This document shows positions 1-15,410 of a stretch of 64,000 bases of DNA, piece by piece. The notes under the pieces were generated by a model. The model ran no database searches. It saw only the letters and a program-made list of their open reading frames with translations, and was not told where the DNA came from. Source of the stretch: Chrysomallon squamiferum (lineage: Eukaryota > Animalia > Mollusca); contig CM022673.1 of the NCBI GenBank assembly GCA_012295275.1, positions 12,338,001-12,402,000 of the forward strand. The letters run 5' to 3'. A program made the translations under genes and the position numbers. Every line of letters begins with the position of its first letter. Position 1 is the stretch's first letter.

Positions 1-554
1 GTTAGTTGCGGTGTGATAGTTAACTTAAATGGATCACATAAAGATTAGAAAAGATCATGCAAGCTTTTGTCAATAACCCCAGGTTTTATACTACAGTCTT
101 TTGAAATGATGATACGATTTGAGCTGTTTGTGAAATCTTTTAAAGCTATTCAACACGTTAATGTTATAAAACTGGGATAATTCTTAACACATTTTGTTTT
201 TCTTGGTCATTTTCTTTCAAACGTTAAACTAATGCAATGTTCTATAATTAAAATATGTATCATTAAATGCAGTTTCTTACTCCATTTTGCATGATTTTGT
301 AAAAATAAAGAGACAGTCTTAAGACATTAAACAGCTACTGTAACGAGCACAAGTGATGCATAAGCTAATAAGGCCTGCCATTAAGAAAATCATGTCATCG
401 AGATATGGAGTATGGTTTGCGTGATTTTCGAATTCCTGGCAGAGCGGGTTGTTTGTAATCTGTGTAAGCAGCAATAATGGTAACCGCAAAAAATAAACAC
501 CTGACCCTCGGAAGAAACAATGTCAAAAGTAAAATACTACTGCTGCTGCTGCTG

Positions 555-608
<54 letters not shown>

Positions 609-1689
609 AATAAAAACTAAACATCATATTTTGCCCAATACTACTACTACTACTACTAATAATAATAAAAAAACTGTTTTCTGATAAAGTCTGGTAGGTT
701 TCAATTCTCGGGCTTGTACAGTTTTGAATCCTGTCACGTTTTTCCTTCGTTTTCCTCTTCGTCGTCTTTGTCGTTGTCGTCGCAATAATTTCAAGTGATT
801 CTGGATACTATAATATCATCATCATCAAAATCATCTTCTTCGTTTTATCGACTTTCAAGCAATTATTTCAAATGATTATTCCATTTATTCTTGAGCTGGA
901 CTTCAAAATCTGTTGTCAGTCATCATCTTCACCGTCGTTAACCTCATCATCATCATCGTATCATAATCACAGCCATTGCCATCATCAGAATCTTCATCGT
1001 CATTTTTCTTCTTGTTCCGGCTCTGTGGATGATGATGCTTTCAGATTCGGAGTCCAGCTGATTCGATTAAAAAAATGGCGATTCCCAGCACATGACGTGT
1101 ACTTTGTCGATATATTAATAACTAGAAATCAAGACTGGCCTGCTTTAAACGAGTGGCGTCGTTTATCAAGATCAACACAGTGGTCTCAATCGAGGCAGCT
1201 CCACAAACGACAGAAATCACGAAAGTGAATTACAACCGCTTGTAAAACCACGTTATTGATCCCCTCTGCCTGAATGGCCGTGTCGAAAGCTCGGACCCAC
1301 AGCGTAATTTTCTTTTACGATTTATTACAAACAAACGATTTCATTGGCCGATTTAACAAATAAAGCCGTTTCGGTTCTTTTTCGCAAGCCGTCTGAACAT
1401 AGTGGTTGAAATTATAGTGCATAGTACATATATATGTTACTTTTAAGTAGACAATTCTGTTGCGAATTATGAAATGATATTCCAAAATCGTTCTCAATAG
1501 AGGCACCTTTAAAAAAAGCTTTTAGTGGTCAAAGATTGAGTTATTGTAATTTGCGCATGTCTGTAGACTCGGGAAGATCCGGCTTCGGAGTGTCTTTTCA
1601 ACATTTGAGTAATTATTTTATTTGAGTTTCTTCCATAACGCCGATTGTGCATGCAGCTATGACAACACTCGCAATACAGAGGCTGTATT

Positions 1690-2075
1690 TGTTCCGGTGA
1701 CGTCATTACGTCGCGTGACAAGGCAATCAACACCGTGTCATGTTGATGTTACGCGCCTCGTCACCTGGCAGTAACCACCGCGCAGACAGGTCGCATGAGT
1801 CGCATGAATAAACATTAGCGATAATTGAGTTCATTTATATTCATACATCAAACACCACATGACTAGACAAGTGAAATATACAGCCCGGTGACAGAGTACA
1901 CTCCCGGGGTTCACGGGATCGATTCTGCTGAATGTATTTATAGTGGTGCTATTTCTCGTTATAACCAGTGACTCGTGTCTGTTATTATTTACGTTTGGCG
2001 TGTCGCTGTATGTAATTTTTCTGTCTGTGTGTTGGTTTTTTTTATAAAGGATCGCTTGTTAAGTAATAGGTGAGC
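1690..2075 (+). promoter_or_regulatory. Candidate CpG-rich promoter and first exon of the membrane-protein gene
   Basis: Locally CpG-rich. ETS-like TTCCGG (1692-1697) abuts a perfect CRE TGACGTCA (1698-1705). Possible donor AG|GTGAGC near 2069. Linkage to the downstream gene is inferred. Confidence 0.3.
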
Positions 2076-2178
2076 GCAGCTTAAGCGGTTTTCTTTTTTT
2101 CTCAGACTGTTATTACTAAATAATTACAACTAGCGTGAAATAACGATGTGTACGCACGATGTTATTTTTTATTTACTT

Positions 2179-2224
<46 letters not shown>

Positions 2225-2360
2225 AATTTATGAAGTATCGTCAAAAATATTTCATTCATTCATTAATATTCAGCTTTGTGTCCTTCCTACAGTTTGGTAT
2301 ACAGTTTTTCTGAATCGGTTTCTCTGCATTCTTGCTTTCTTTTTTTTTCTCTCAGAATTG

Positions 2361-2423
<63 letters not shown>

Positions 2424-2694
2424 TATGACCACTGCGTCTTCGTTCCTGTTTATTGTTTACTTTATCATAAACCTCTCCAGCAAATTAAACAAAATAATAA
2501 TAAAAAATAAGTATCGGTGCGAAGTGGCTGTCACTTTAATAATGAATGTGTGTTTATTTAGAGAGGTAAACAGAGAGAAATTTATGTTCAAAGTAAACAA
2601 GTCACTGTCAGATTGGACATGTCCGGTCGTAAAATGACCGACAAAAAGAATGCTGGCTTCACCGAATACCAGTTAGTAACAAATACCAGAGAAC

Positions 2695-2726
<32 letters not shown>

Positions 2727-2736
2727 AAAAAAAAAA

Positions 2737-2786
<50 letters not shown>

Positions 2787-4238
2787 AAAACAAAAACAAA
2801 AATAAAAATAAATATAAAATAAAAATAAGTAATTAAATTAAAATTAAGTAAGTAAATAAACAATACAAAAAAAGAATAAATAAATAAATGAATAAATAAA
2901 TAAATAAAATAAATAAATGAAAGAAAATAATCAAGGCAGTACTGTCTTACGAGACAAAAGATACGATCAAATTCATTTGTATCATGAATCTCCTTTAAAG
3001 TGAAAAAAAAAAAAAAAAAAAAAAAAAAAAGGAATATGAAGTTTATATATAACATATACATCATTGTTAATAATAAATAAAAAAAAAAATCCACTTTAAC
3101 TTTTCTAACAGTCTCTGGAAGTTAAGTACCCATTTCATAGGTTGAAAATCCAAGCGTTCCAAGTCAGAATATAAAAGAATCAAGTTAGACTCAAGTTAGA
3201 CTGGAGTAGACAGCCAAAGACGATCCCCGAACGTGACTGTCAGCATCTGAACCTAACTGAAAGCTTTGTTTATAAATTCTGTTCAGCTACAATAGCGCCT
3301 CTTCCCTCACCGATGTAATGTTGTAGCCATCGACTTTAAAGATTAGAGAAATGTCATATAACTTGTATATTACGTGTCTTTAGTCGATACTGTAAGAACT
3401 ACAGCGTCAGATAATATCACAGCCGTTACTGTAAAATAATCTATAGTGTCGGAAAATACCACATAGTCTCACTATAACAATTTTCTAACTGACTGTTTGA
3501 CAAAATAATCTACATATTCGGTGTCTTCGAGTTGATGGCGTAGACACATAACTTTCAATAATGTAAAATAAATAGTGGTGGTGAAGAGACAGTCCAGGCT
3601 TTAGAATTCTGTCTCTCAGGCGGTGTAGATTCATAAGAGATTACGCAGACTAACGAGTTAGAATTTCATAAACTGAAGTCCTATATTGAGACAAGCAAGT
3701 TGAAATTCCCTATCTGAAATCTTACACTGAGACAAGTAATTTAAAATTCGAAAATCGGAAGACTAAAAATTCCAGATCTGAAGTATTGTATCATGACTAA
3801 CAAGTCAAAATACCAAAACTGAAGTCCTAAAATTCCAAATCGGAAGTCGTAAAAAAAAATTCCCGATCTGTGTCTTGTAAATCTGACTGGCAATTTGAAA
3901 TTCCAGACACGAAGTCTTGTGTCATCAACATCTTGACACCAGTTAACCGAGCGACAAAGAAAATCTTGTTTATGGGCCACAAGTTATCGTCACCCTTAGT
4001 CTGGAGATCGCGTGCAAAGCATTCATATCAGTTGATGGCGATAAACCACTGTCACATTTGTCGTGTGTCGCTAACTCGAAACGTCGATGAAAAATATCGT
4101 GCTTGTGGCATAGCTCTGACAGGTCTCGCAGATGTGCTCGGCAAGTTTTCAGTTCGAGAGCAAGATGAAAACAGGAAACGTTTTTCAAGCCCGGTGCGTG
4201 CGTTGGTGTGTGTATAAAGGCTGGAGAGAGGATGTTTT

Positions 4239-4278
<40 letters not shown>

Positions 4279-4658
4279 CACGCATATCTGTTATGTAGAA
4301 TTATTTGTGTACATAAACGCAGAAAAGCCAATATTATTATTATTATTGTTGTTGTTGTTGTTAGTAGATGATTTTATTTCTGTCATCATCCTCCTCCTCA
4401 TTTTCATTTTCATTATTATTATTATTATTATGATTATGATTATGATTATTATTATTATAATATGACAAAACCAAACGCATGCATTATTCATCGTGCCTGT
4501 TTTACTGAAGTAATATTGACGTAACTACGAACTGTCAATTAATAATAAACAGAAGTAATGAAATAATAATAAAAATAGACTCATAAAAAAAGTTAAACGG
4601 TAAACCCTATCTTTTTGCGAAAATCAGAAATCAAATAATGGAAGGGGAAAAAAAATTG

Positions 4659-4719
<61 letters not shown>

Positions 4720-6141
4720 GAATAAATCAAATCAAATCAAATCAACTAAAATTTAATAAATAAATAAATAAATTTAAAAAAAAAAAAAAAAAAAAGGAAA
4801 AATAAAAAATAAATCGAAAAACGAAGATTTAATTTAGTTGTTTACGCCTGAAAGTAGCATCGGTTTGACAACCTTTCTGTTTAGCTTAACAGCCGATCAT
4901 GCGCAATGGCAGTTCCTCCATGCACGTAATTGATTTATGAAGAAATCTAGTGACCGAGACGTCGAGTGGTCAAGAGAATTGCATTAAGCCTCCCGTCCGA
5001 GTACATCGTGACCTCGTTGTTATTAAAGTCACAAATTACCTCTGTGACCAACAGTTGGCTGCGGCGTAATGTAAAGGCCCACTTGCAGCAGTTCAGATTA
5101 AAAGAGAATTCTAATATTTTGTAAGAAACGACAGAAACGATGAACTGCCTAATGCAAGACACAACCAGTAGACTCCAAACAGTCCAGATTAAAACGTAAT
5201 CATTTTTATAATGCGCACAGACAGAGACAGACATGATGAACGTAGATGCATCACATCTTAAAACTTTATTATTGGCAAAGGTTGCTGATTACACAAACAT
5301 TTTTATTTTTATTTTTTTTATTATTCATTTTGCTCAGAATGAAATTTAATTGAATCATAAAATTGATATAAAAATAAAATTAAAAACAACAACAAAAACA
5401 AAAAAGATTATTCAACATTTACAAAATAGCTTTACTGAAGAATTAAAACAACTGATTTAAGATAAATAATATTATATGATCGCAGTAATTTAAAATTAAA
5501 AAAATAATAATAATAATAATAAAAGATACTCTCATGATGCAGACAATTAATCATTTAAAAATGGTTAAATTCAATGATTATTCAATATAATCTGTCCTGA
5601 TTCAACTATATCTGTCTTGGTGCAAGTATATCTGTCTTCATTCAAACACCTCTCTCTAATTACAAAGATCCCGTGTTATCTTCACAAGTTACTCTTAACA
5701 CAACAGAGTATTAATCTGAACAGAGATTAACAAGTAAGTGGCCCGGTACACATTAACTTATTAATACAGTTTTACATTTGCATCAGCTTTATAACGGAAC
5801 ACTTGTATTTATTTAAGCTGCTTGATCTTCAGGGATTTGTACTGTTAACTGTTAACACCTCTTGAGACAATCATGAATAATGACAGTACCACGATAATTC
5901 TTAACTAATTGGCTTAACGGCTTGTTTTGATTACTGCTAAAACTGTTAGCTGTTATCGCAGACTTGGTACTTATCCACTTTGTCGTAAGTTACGACCATT
6001 AACACGCAAAGAAGTGTTAAGTCGAATATAATAAGCTTGTTGGTATTATTGCTAAGATCGATTTAAAACCGAATTAAGATGAATTAAAAAAGGGTAAGAG
6101 AGTTGATTCTTTTCTCTGCTTAGTTTTCACTGGCAAGTGTG

Positions 6142-6178
6142 ATGCAGGCTCGTAACTCACAAGTAGCACAGACGTCTG
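6142..6178 (+). CDS. Possible first coding exon of the membrane protein (MQARNSQVAQTS + phase-1 G)
   Basis: Acceptor ttctctgcttag ends at 6123, ATG at 6142, donor G|GTACCA at 6179. The phase matches the next exon (G+AA=Glu), but the donor is weak. Confidence 0.35.
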
Positions 6179-7363
6179 GTACCAGGATCAAACGACCACA
6201 GCGCACCTCCTCAGGCAACATTTCCTGTTCCGATGTGTCCCTCAAAACTGGAACGTTTAATATAGTGTTTCGATTTTTTTTTCATTTTCAACTGGAAGGT
6301 GCGATGTCTTATAGTGGCTAATTCGTAATGAAAATCGCATGAATAGCACATATGTAATTACAGTAAAATATATTAAGATATTATTTATATATTTATTTAT
6401 TTCTTAGTAAACTGTTGTTGTTATAATTATTATCATCATCATCATCATCATCATTATTATTATTATTATTAATATTATTATTATTGATATTGTTGTTATT
6501 ACTGTTGTTGTTGTTGCTGCTGCTGCTACTTTTGTTGTTGATATTATTATTATTATTTATTCTGTTTAATTATTCTTCACATACACTTTATTACAAAGAC
6601 ATAATCATGACTCCAGCTATTAATACATTACATGTCAAAAAACATTTCTGTTACGTCATTAATATTATCATTATAGTTTGTATGCTGTAATAGATACTTT
6701 TGAAAACTGTTTTTCAACAAATTATTCGTTCCTAGCCATATTAATTTGTTTTTACCAGATTTCTTCAGACGCCGACTTTACTTTGGATAGTTGTTTGTTT
6801 TCAAAATTGCTGAAACTGTATATATATAACCTTTTTGTTTTTTTCTTTAAAAAAGCTGATACACTTGATACACTTGAAATATAATCTGGCATTAAAATCT
6901 GTTTTGATATTTTTGAATACATATTTATTTTCACAAACTGTTATTTTATTACATTTTTTTGCTGTTGTGAAAGGAATGAAATGGGATACTATTTACCATC
7001 AAGATATTTGTCTGGTACATTTTAATTATTTTAATGTCAAATTTAAATGTCTTTGATATCACATATCTGTTTATATTTTGTTTTTATCAGTCTTTTTTAT
7101 GTTTATCAACATTACGGAAAAAAACTAATACTGTTAGATGGACTTTTATTTTATTTTTATATTTTTTTAAAACTAATTTATATCATTTTAATACCATCAT
7201 ATTCTTTTTTTTTTCTTTACTTTTTTATCGCATATAATTTTACTATATATAGAATCTTTGACATATGTATATATATGTGTGTGTACGTATGTACATTGAA
7301 TTTGCTTTCAGAAACGTTCTAACGTTATAATGTCTTTAAAATCATATTCTTCTCTACTTGCAG

Positions 7364-8847
7364 AACTTATTATATTGTACATATTCTTTGGAATAGTCAT
7401 CGTGGCTTTGATCATGGCGCTAATTTTTGTCATTCTGAGGTGAGTCACTTTTTATAACCAACACGTTTATATTTAGTCTATTACACAGCCTTTCAGTCCA
7501 TGTAAAATGAGTTCATACAGAAGTATACAATGTAAAGTTAGTCCATACAGATGTATACTGTGTATAGTTACTCCATAGAGATGTTTGCTGAGTATGGTTA
7601 TCCCTCTACATCAGATCGTACAGATATGAAATTCATGAAAATCATCGATAAAGAATTCTGAAATTATCTTTTTCGTTTAATTACTGCAGTTCTTTCTTTC
7701 TTTCTTTTCTTGTTGTTGTTGTTGTTACATCACTTGCGAAAAAACATAATTAAAATTAAAGCTATATGGATTTAATTAAAGTCATGAAAATGAAACGTAA
7801 TTAAAATTCCAGGCCGTGAAATGTGTACATAGTAAGTTAATTCCCCGAGAAATTAAAGTAATATGAAAAGATAACTGTATTTGACCGTGATTCATAAAGT
7901 CTATTTTACTTGTATTTATTTGTCTGTTATAAACTTATTTGATGTATTTCGAACATTTTGGTTTACGTTTATTTTTGTTTTTCGTTTTTTTTTGGGGGGG
8001 TTTGTAATCTTTTTTTTTTTTTTTTGCTTTTTTGTTGTTATTTTAGTTTCTTTTTAGTACTGTTTTTGTCAGTTTCACAAGCTGTAAAACAGATACCACG
8101 ATTCTATCGTATTTTTTAATTTATTTATTTTTAATTTTATTTTTATTTCATTTTGTCCACGCTTTCAGCTACAGACGAATTGCGTCTAAAGGCAAGTACG
8201 AGATGGAGTCAAACAGCGAGAAGGCCGTGCTGTGGAAGAGCGACAGCACGCAGATGGACACGTTCAGACACAACAGCATCGCCGAGCTGTCCGCGTCGGG
8301 TCAGCTGGACTCCGCCAGCGACTCGGGCCGCAGCCACGCCGCAGACAACAAGCACATCGCCACCATCCACGTGCCGAGCACGTCCGAGCAGGAGAAGCGT
8401 CGCAGCGGAGAGTCGCTGGCGGGAGACAGCAGCACCTTCAACAGCATCTACGAGGACCCGTTCAGCTCGGATCCTTTCGCCACGTACTCGTGCATAAGCG
8501 ACGGCCGCCAGGCGGCGCAGTCGAAGCCGGTCCGCAACAGCCGCGAAATGAACGGCAGCGCTGTGGGCAGGGGGGCCCCGAGAGAAAGCGACAGCAACTT
8601 CCCTCTGTCAGACGACGTGGAGCACTACACGGTTAACGACGACGACTACGCCGTCGTGCGAAAGTCCAGGAAATCGAACGGGAAGGTTTACAACCCCGTC
8701 GAAGGCGATCCAACTTACGACAATCTTTTTGACGAAGAGCTCATCGGTTTCCGGCCGACTTCCGGTCCGTATGATAAGAACCGTAACTCGGGAATGGACC
8801 TGAACGTCCGGTTATCGGCCTTGGACACGTGGGACGACGAGTTGTAG
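7364..8847 (+). CDS. Single-pass transmembrane protein with a low-complexity cytoplasmic tail carrying several Tyr motifs; exons 7364-7439 and 8169-8847
   Basis: Exon 7364-7439 (tacttgcag|...AG|gtgagt) encodes LIILYIFFGIVIVALIMALIFVIL. It splices in frame to tttcag|8169, giving SYRRIASKGKYE-MESNSEK...WDDEL*. The last exon is GC3-rich against an AT-rich background. Tyr motifs: SIYEDP, TYSCI, DYAVV, VYNPV, TYDNL. Confidence 0.85.
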
Positions 8848-9890
8848 CAGGATTCCAGATTACGTGTTTATTTATCAGTGTTAGATTCTGGCTATTTTTT
8901 GAAATGCAGCTTAATGTGGTCGACCTGACCGCGGTCATAATGAAAGAGAAATCTAAGTCATGAAAAGAATGTATTTATTTCTGACTAATATGGTTTTAAA
9001 AAAAAAAAAAAAAAAAAATAAAGCTCGGATTATTTCGAACATTGTGAAAGCCCTGGTAAGAATGGAGAAATTCATTTTATGAATGACTGTTTATTTTTTA
9101 CAGCTCCTGAAAAAGAAATGCTCTTATTTAACGGCTTACAAACCACAGCTAAAGAAAGCACAACAGAGTTCACAAAATACGTTTCTTGGTGAAATTTAAA
9201 AAAACGTGGATAGGACCGTTAAGTGTGTGGTTTATTCTTACTAACAACGATTTTGGCTTAAAGCACAAATATGAATCATGATTATCATTCTACTGCTGCT
9301 CAGAATATTCACAAGATAAGTCACCATGTCACCATCAGCACACTGAAAACAGACCTGTCTGTAATGACAAACGTGAAATTAGTCATGAAAACCATACAAC
9401 TTCTGCTAGCAGTAATTTAGAAAGTTCATTCTGTGTAGATATTTTGGATGATCAGTCCCTCATCACTTACTCAGAAAGCAGCAGACAATTGTACAGCTGT
9501 TATACACATGAAAAGAGAAGATTATTGAAAATACAACTGCCTGTAATATAAGTTCAATCTGTGAAGATATTTTTGATAAACAGTCCCTGAAATCTACTGA
9601 GAAAAAAAAACAAAAACACTGGACATATCTGATAAATACTTTCAGGGTAATGTACATATGTCACGTGACCAGATACAGTTGAAATTAAACGTGTGTAAAC
9701 ATTAAGATTATCATCTCACCCCCCCCACTGCATTTACAGACGCCGCATTCAGTGCTTGGAAAAACTACATCGACGACATACGCAGGACAGCACTTTCCAT
9801 TTTCAGAAATACCCCTTTTGTAATGCTCATGTTTTTGTGTCTGTTTTGTGAAAATGAAGTAATTTTCTGTATTTATCGTCAGCTTTTAAC

Positions 9891-9959
<69 letters not shown>

Positions 9960-10398
9960 TTTATAATTTATGAAATTAAACGGTTATAAGTTTTCAACAG
10001 ATTTGCATCATTAATTATTATAAACTGTTGTCAGTAACGTTCGCTGGAGTTGTCGTCCCATGCGAATTATCTCCCTTGATTTGAAATCCTGAACATGTAT
10101 TTTGCAATTACGGAAACTATTATTTATTTAGCAATTTTTAAATAAAGAAATATTATTTATCCTTTTCAGATTGGTCGTTTCCTTGTAGTTATATAATAAC
10201 GTGTGACCAGATTTATTAAACAACGTAGATCTGCAGTATAGAAAATATTATTTTACTTGCACTGATTTTAACTAACATCATCATATAATGTAACAAACGT
10301 TACAAGACTTTTGATTTCACTTGTTCCAGTATGAAGTCACAGCGAACTACTTAAACTGCATCATGTTATTTCTTTTCAACAACAGAAATTCCTTTTAT

Positions 10399-10434
<36 letters not shown>

Positions 10435-11279
10435 AAAATCTTCTTTCTAAATACACTGAAGCTGTTTATAACCTCGTATTTCTAATCTGACACAACAAGT
10501 GATAACAATCATAATTCTGTCAACTTGATGTAGTGTCACTGATTTCAATTGCTGTTTGCAAAAACACAACAAAAAAACAAACAAAAAAAACACAACACCA
10601 CAGATTTCACTTCATAACATTTTACATCCAGTCGGAATTAAAAAAAAAATATATAATATTTTTTTTTTCTCATGCTCGTTTTTTTACTTCACCCTCTGAG
10701 CAAGAACGGAATCGAATGATCCGTTTTCTATCACTTTATTCCAGATATTCTGATTAAAAATAACAAGATTACTTTTTTTTTTTTTTTTTTTTTTGACTCT
10801 CTTCTTCAACCGTCTATCGAACTCAATTTCACAGAATAAGCAGCTTCTTGTCTTTTTTTTGTCTTTTTTGTCTTTTTATTTTTTTCTTTTTTTTTTTTAT
10901 TTTTTTTTTTTTTTTTCACGAGACTAATTTTAACTGGAGAAAAGTTGCCCTGTTTATCGGTCAGTAGCTCGATTTTACTTCATCTGAACGTTGTTACGGA
11001 ACAGATCCTTGTTTGATAAACGTGTTAAATCAGATAATAAAGCCTCCCAGCATCTTCATGGTTTGGTAAAAATTCAAACTAATGAAGTGTTGTATACTTT
11101 TTTTTTCAAAAAGATTTTAGGTTTAAGCTACTACAGTTGGTTATGTAAATTGTCTCTTGGCTAAATGTTCAAACAGATGTATATGTTATTAATGTCAGTA
11201 TTTGTAGTAAAAAGAAATTATATATTTTATGTATAATGTATACATTTTTAAAGTAATAATATCAATAATGATGATGATG

Positions 11280-11314
<35 letters not shown>

Positions 11315-12182
11315 GATGATGATGATGATAACAATAATAATAATAATAACAATAACAATAATAACAAAGAAAGAGAAGAATAAGAAATATAAAACTTGAG
11401 TGTTTCTTAAAATGATAATGACAGTGACCACAGTAATACATCCACGTCTCAGTTCCTCAGGCCAACCACGCACGCACGCACGCACGCACAAAAACAAAAA
11501 ACCTGTATTGATTTTTAATTCAAAACATCATTTATCTACTCGCTACGTCACTGCACATATCAATCACCAGCTCTTATCCCTTTTATTTCAGAATCCAATA
11601 ACATGAGAATTTAATCAGTGGCTCATGCTAATGCTATGACAATTGTTAAAACACAAAAGTTGTATTAAACAAAAAAAAAAAAAAAAAAAAAAAAAACAAC
11701 ACATTATTTCCCGTGAGACACATTTACATTTCTCTATTGTTCTGCTCACCATTCTCCATTGTAGTCTTTTACATGATTGAGATTTCTTGTCGAAGACTTA
11801 ATCTCGATGTTTTCAGTGCTCATATTGCTATGCTGAGCAGAGACAGAAACAGACACAGACAGACAGACAGACATAAAGACAAAAACGAGATATCGTAAAT
11901 TAAGACCAAGATAAAGAAGGGAGTGTATTATTTCTTTGGAATCTACATGCTGCTGCTGGTATGCAGAGATGCTGTGTACAGTGGCTGAAGCCAAACGTTG
12001 CCAGTGATTATAAAGATAATGACGATGACGTGCAGATAGATACACGAACGTATTTTTGTCATTTCAAATAATTGCATATTATTCGTGATTATTATGAATA
12101 TTTGCTTTGCTAACTATAGAATGTTGTTTACTGTTCTGTTTGTTATTGTGTTTATAAAATTATTATTATTATTAGTATTATG

Positions 12183-12220
<38 letters not shown>

Positions 12221-13090
12221 CATTATCATCATCATCATCATCATTATTATTGTTATGACGAACATGATGACGACGATGATGATAGCGATGAAGGAAAAGA
12301 ATATGAAAATGATAAAAAGAAACCTATACTATCAGAGTTTACTTTGATATATTTAAGACTTTCTTTTTTTCCTTCTTTCGCTCTTCCTTGCATCATTATT
12401 TTCTTTCTTCCTTTGTTTCCATTTCCTTATTTCTTTCCTTCTTTTGTTCTTTTTAATTTGAACGTTTACTTCATTCTTGCCAGTTTATTCTTCAAATTGC
12501 TTTTTTTTTTTCTTGTCCATTAAATTAATTACTTTATTACAAGATGTCTTTTATTATTGTAAAATAAATTATTAACTAAACTTTTTTCACAGGAATTATA
12601 AATATAATATCTTGGTTAGAAAACTGTCTCCTTGATGTTTTATATAACACGTCACAATTTGACATTTAAGTATTATTTATGTAAATACGACACGAACATC
12701 ATTCAGGATTCAAATACCAAAGTGCAATATTACGTAACACATTACACTGTGTGCAATTTTCCAGTGGTTTGTTTCATTAAAACAGAGGCTTGTTTGCTTT
12801 GACCTTTACGAACTGAATTAACCACACTGGCATCGTCATAATACAAATGTTATTTTATAATAAAATATTTTATATCATTCGTTTTGTGCATTAACTTCCT
12901 TTTGTTTGCCCACTTGGCAGTAACGGTATGGTAGGTAGCAAAGAAAGATGTTAGTATTTTATCTTGGAAGAAAACAACAACAACAACAAATCGTTAACTA
13001 AGGGGTGTCTGAGATCCTGTAGCTTCAGGATTGTTAACAGACTTCTGTTATTTGTATCTGAAACCATTTTAAAAACTAGAACAGTCTGCT

Positions 13091-13277
<187 letters not shown>

Positions 13278-14299
13278 CTGGATGGATGAATGACTATATA
13301 TGGATGGATGAATTATACATGCAATACAAAAATGACAATACACCGACCTTCTACTACTTAACTGCTTTTATATTCTATCTCTATAACAACACTATTTCAT
13401 CTCAAAACACATCATAATACGTTCACGTGATCAGAGTATGAGGAAGAGATGATAGCCGCAATCATAACAGCTGTACATATCTTCAGAAATCTTTTTTTAA
13501 ATCATCATTCTTATACGTTCGTAGTAATGGTCATAAGAACTGTGCATTTATCTTCAAAAAATTTTTTCAAATCAATATTCTCATAAGTTCATATGGCCAT
13601 AATCACAAGAACTGAACATATCTTTAGAATCGTTTTAAATCAATATTCTTTGACGGTCATTATTTTCTGGTATGAATGGTACATAAATCGAGGCTTCCCT
13701 CGCAGCACAAATAGGCTCCGATTTAATCAAAGATTTATGTTCCGCGCGTGTGATTTAATTTCCATAACGTACTCTGTACGTACCTCTTCAAAGCAGATAT
13801 ATAGGCTTTTCTCATTTAATCGACAGTTACGGAGAGATAAAGCGAATGTGTGTCATATACTCTTGCATGAAAAATAAATATTTTACTTAATGATGTGGAT
13901 ACTAATATATTTCATTTATATGGGTTGGGTGTTCGAGGATTAGAGAGAGGTTCTCTCTGACCTAAATCGATTTTAAAAAATAATAAAGATTATTCTTTCT
14001 TTCTTATTTTTTCTTCTTATTATTATGTATCTTTTTTTAAATAGTTAATAATGACAATAATAGATACATTAATTAATCAATTAGTGTTAATTAAATAATT
14101 AATTAACACCATCATTAAAACCAGTAAATATTGCGACAAGAAAATATTTTTAACATTAGTTTATTATAGTTAATACACAAAGCAAAACTTGAAAATAAAC
14201 TCAATTCTACAACAGGAGTATAATAGAATAAATAAATGAATAAAAGAAATAAGAAAATGTATTAGCATCGGCACGTATTATCTAATGTTCTTTTTACCA

Positions 14300-14929
14300 C
14301 TAAAACCATGGTCGCCATGGAAACCACACCCTTTTGTAATTACCAGTTTGATGTCCATCATCTCCGTCATCATTATTCCCGTCATTGTCCAAAGCTGAAA
14401 CATTTTCAAGAAATATACATTAGAACGGAATTACATTATCGTCGTCGTCGTCATCATCATCATCATTATCGTCATCAGTACACAAATATAATGCAGATTA
14501 TATTAATATTATAATTATTTTAATTGTAATTGTCATTAAGATATGATATTCATTATCATAAACGACGTCATAATTATCATTATCGTTGACATCATTATTT
14601 GTTTCATCAAAACGAATAACAGAATCGTTTTACTACTAATACATGCTGCCACCACAACTACTACTGTGACTACTACTATCACTGCTACTGCTACTGCTAT
14701 TAACACCACTTCCACCACTACTGTTTCTGGTGCTACTAACGCTACTGCAACTCCTCCTCCTCCTACTACTACTACTACTACAACTACTACTACTACTAAT
14801 AACAATAACAACAACAACAACAACAATAATAATAGTAATGATAATGATAATAATAATGATGACGATAATGATAATAATAATAAAAAAATAATAATAACAG
14901 CAACAACAATTTTAATGGTAATGATAATA

Positions 14930-14964
<35 letters not shown>

Positions 14965-15136
14965 AATGATAATAATAATAATATCTGACAGCTGAAGTTC
15001 TTTAATCATTTATATTAATATTAATTGTTTTTATTATTGTAAAACATAAGACAAACTCACCCAGGATGTTCGCGATGATAACGGACAGAAGAACACATAT
15101 GAGTATCTCTCTAAACATCGTCAGTGAAAACAGCAT
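14300..15136 (-). CDS. Secreted prepropeptide: signal + acidic propiece + KR + VWFPWRPWF; exons 15136(or 15118)-15061 and 14394-14300
   Basis: Acceptor ggttttcag at 15138-15140. Exon encodes (MLFSLT)MFREILICVLLSVIIANIL+G, donor GTGAGT at 15060-15055. Acceptor atgtttcag at 14395-14397 gives A-LDNDGNNDDGDDGHQTGNYKRVWFPWRPWF-TAG. Probable non-coding exon 1 donor (GTAAGT) at 15653-15648. Not in the ORF track. Confidence 0.8.
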
Positions 15137-15370
15137 CCTGAAAACCAAAAACAATTTCAAACAGCCGAATCAAAACGCTTTCGAGACACTTTTGATCAAA
15201 TCCTTTCAGTGGATGTGTTCATTTTAAACAGTGGGTCTTTTCTGGCAGCAAATGAAAGAAATTATTTTCCTGTTTTCTTAAATACATTTCTGTGGACATA
15301 CGAGCAAGCTCTCGTTATATTTGTTACTGAACATCAGCTAGCGTAATGTTTACCAAGTCGGTATCTTTAT

Positions 15371-15410
<40 letters not shown>

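Noticed and set aside
872-1228. 118 aa ORF
   Set aside because: Driven partly by (TCA)n repeats, with no domain or exon support.
2588-3094. 168 aa Phe-rich ORF and long poly-A
   Set aside because: Translation of A-rich tracts. No target-site duplication or parent element was identifiable.
8153-8636. Alternative-frame ORFs 8153-8497 and 8232-8636
   Set aside because: They are shadows of the GC-rich exon. Only the 8203 frame joins the TM exon.
8830-8847. C-terminal DDEL as an ER-retention signal
   Set aside because: Predicted topology puts the tail in the cytosol (basic residues follow the TM), where KDEL receptors would not see it.
11890-12075. Short non-repetitive stretch with Cys-rich or DYKDNDDD readings
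   Set aside because: No consistent splice sites or start, and the FLAG-like string is coincidental.
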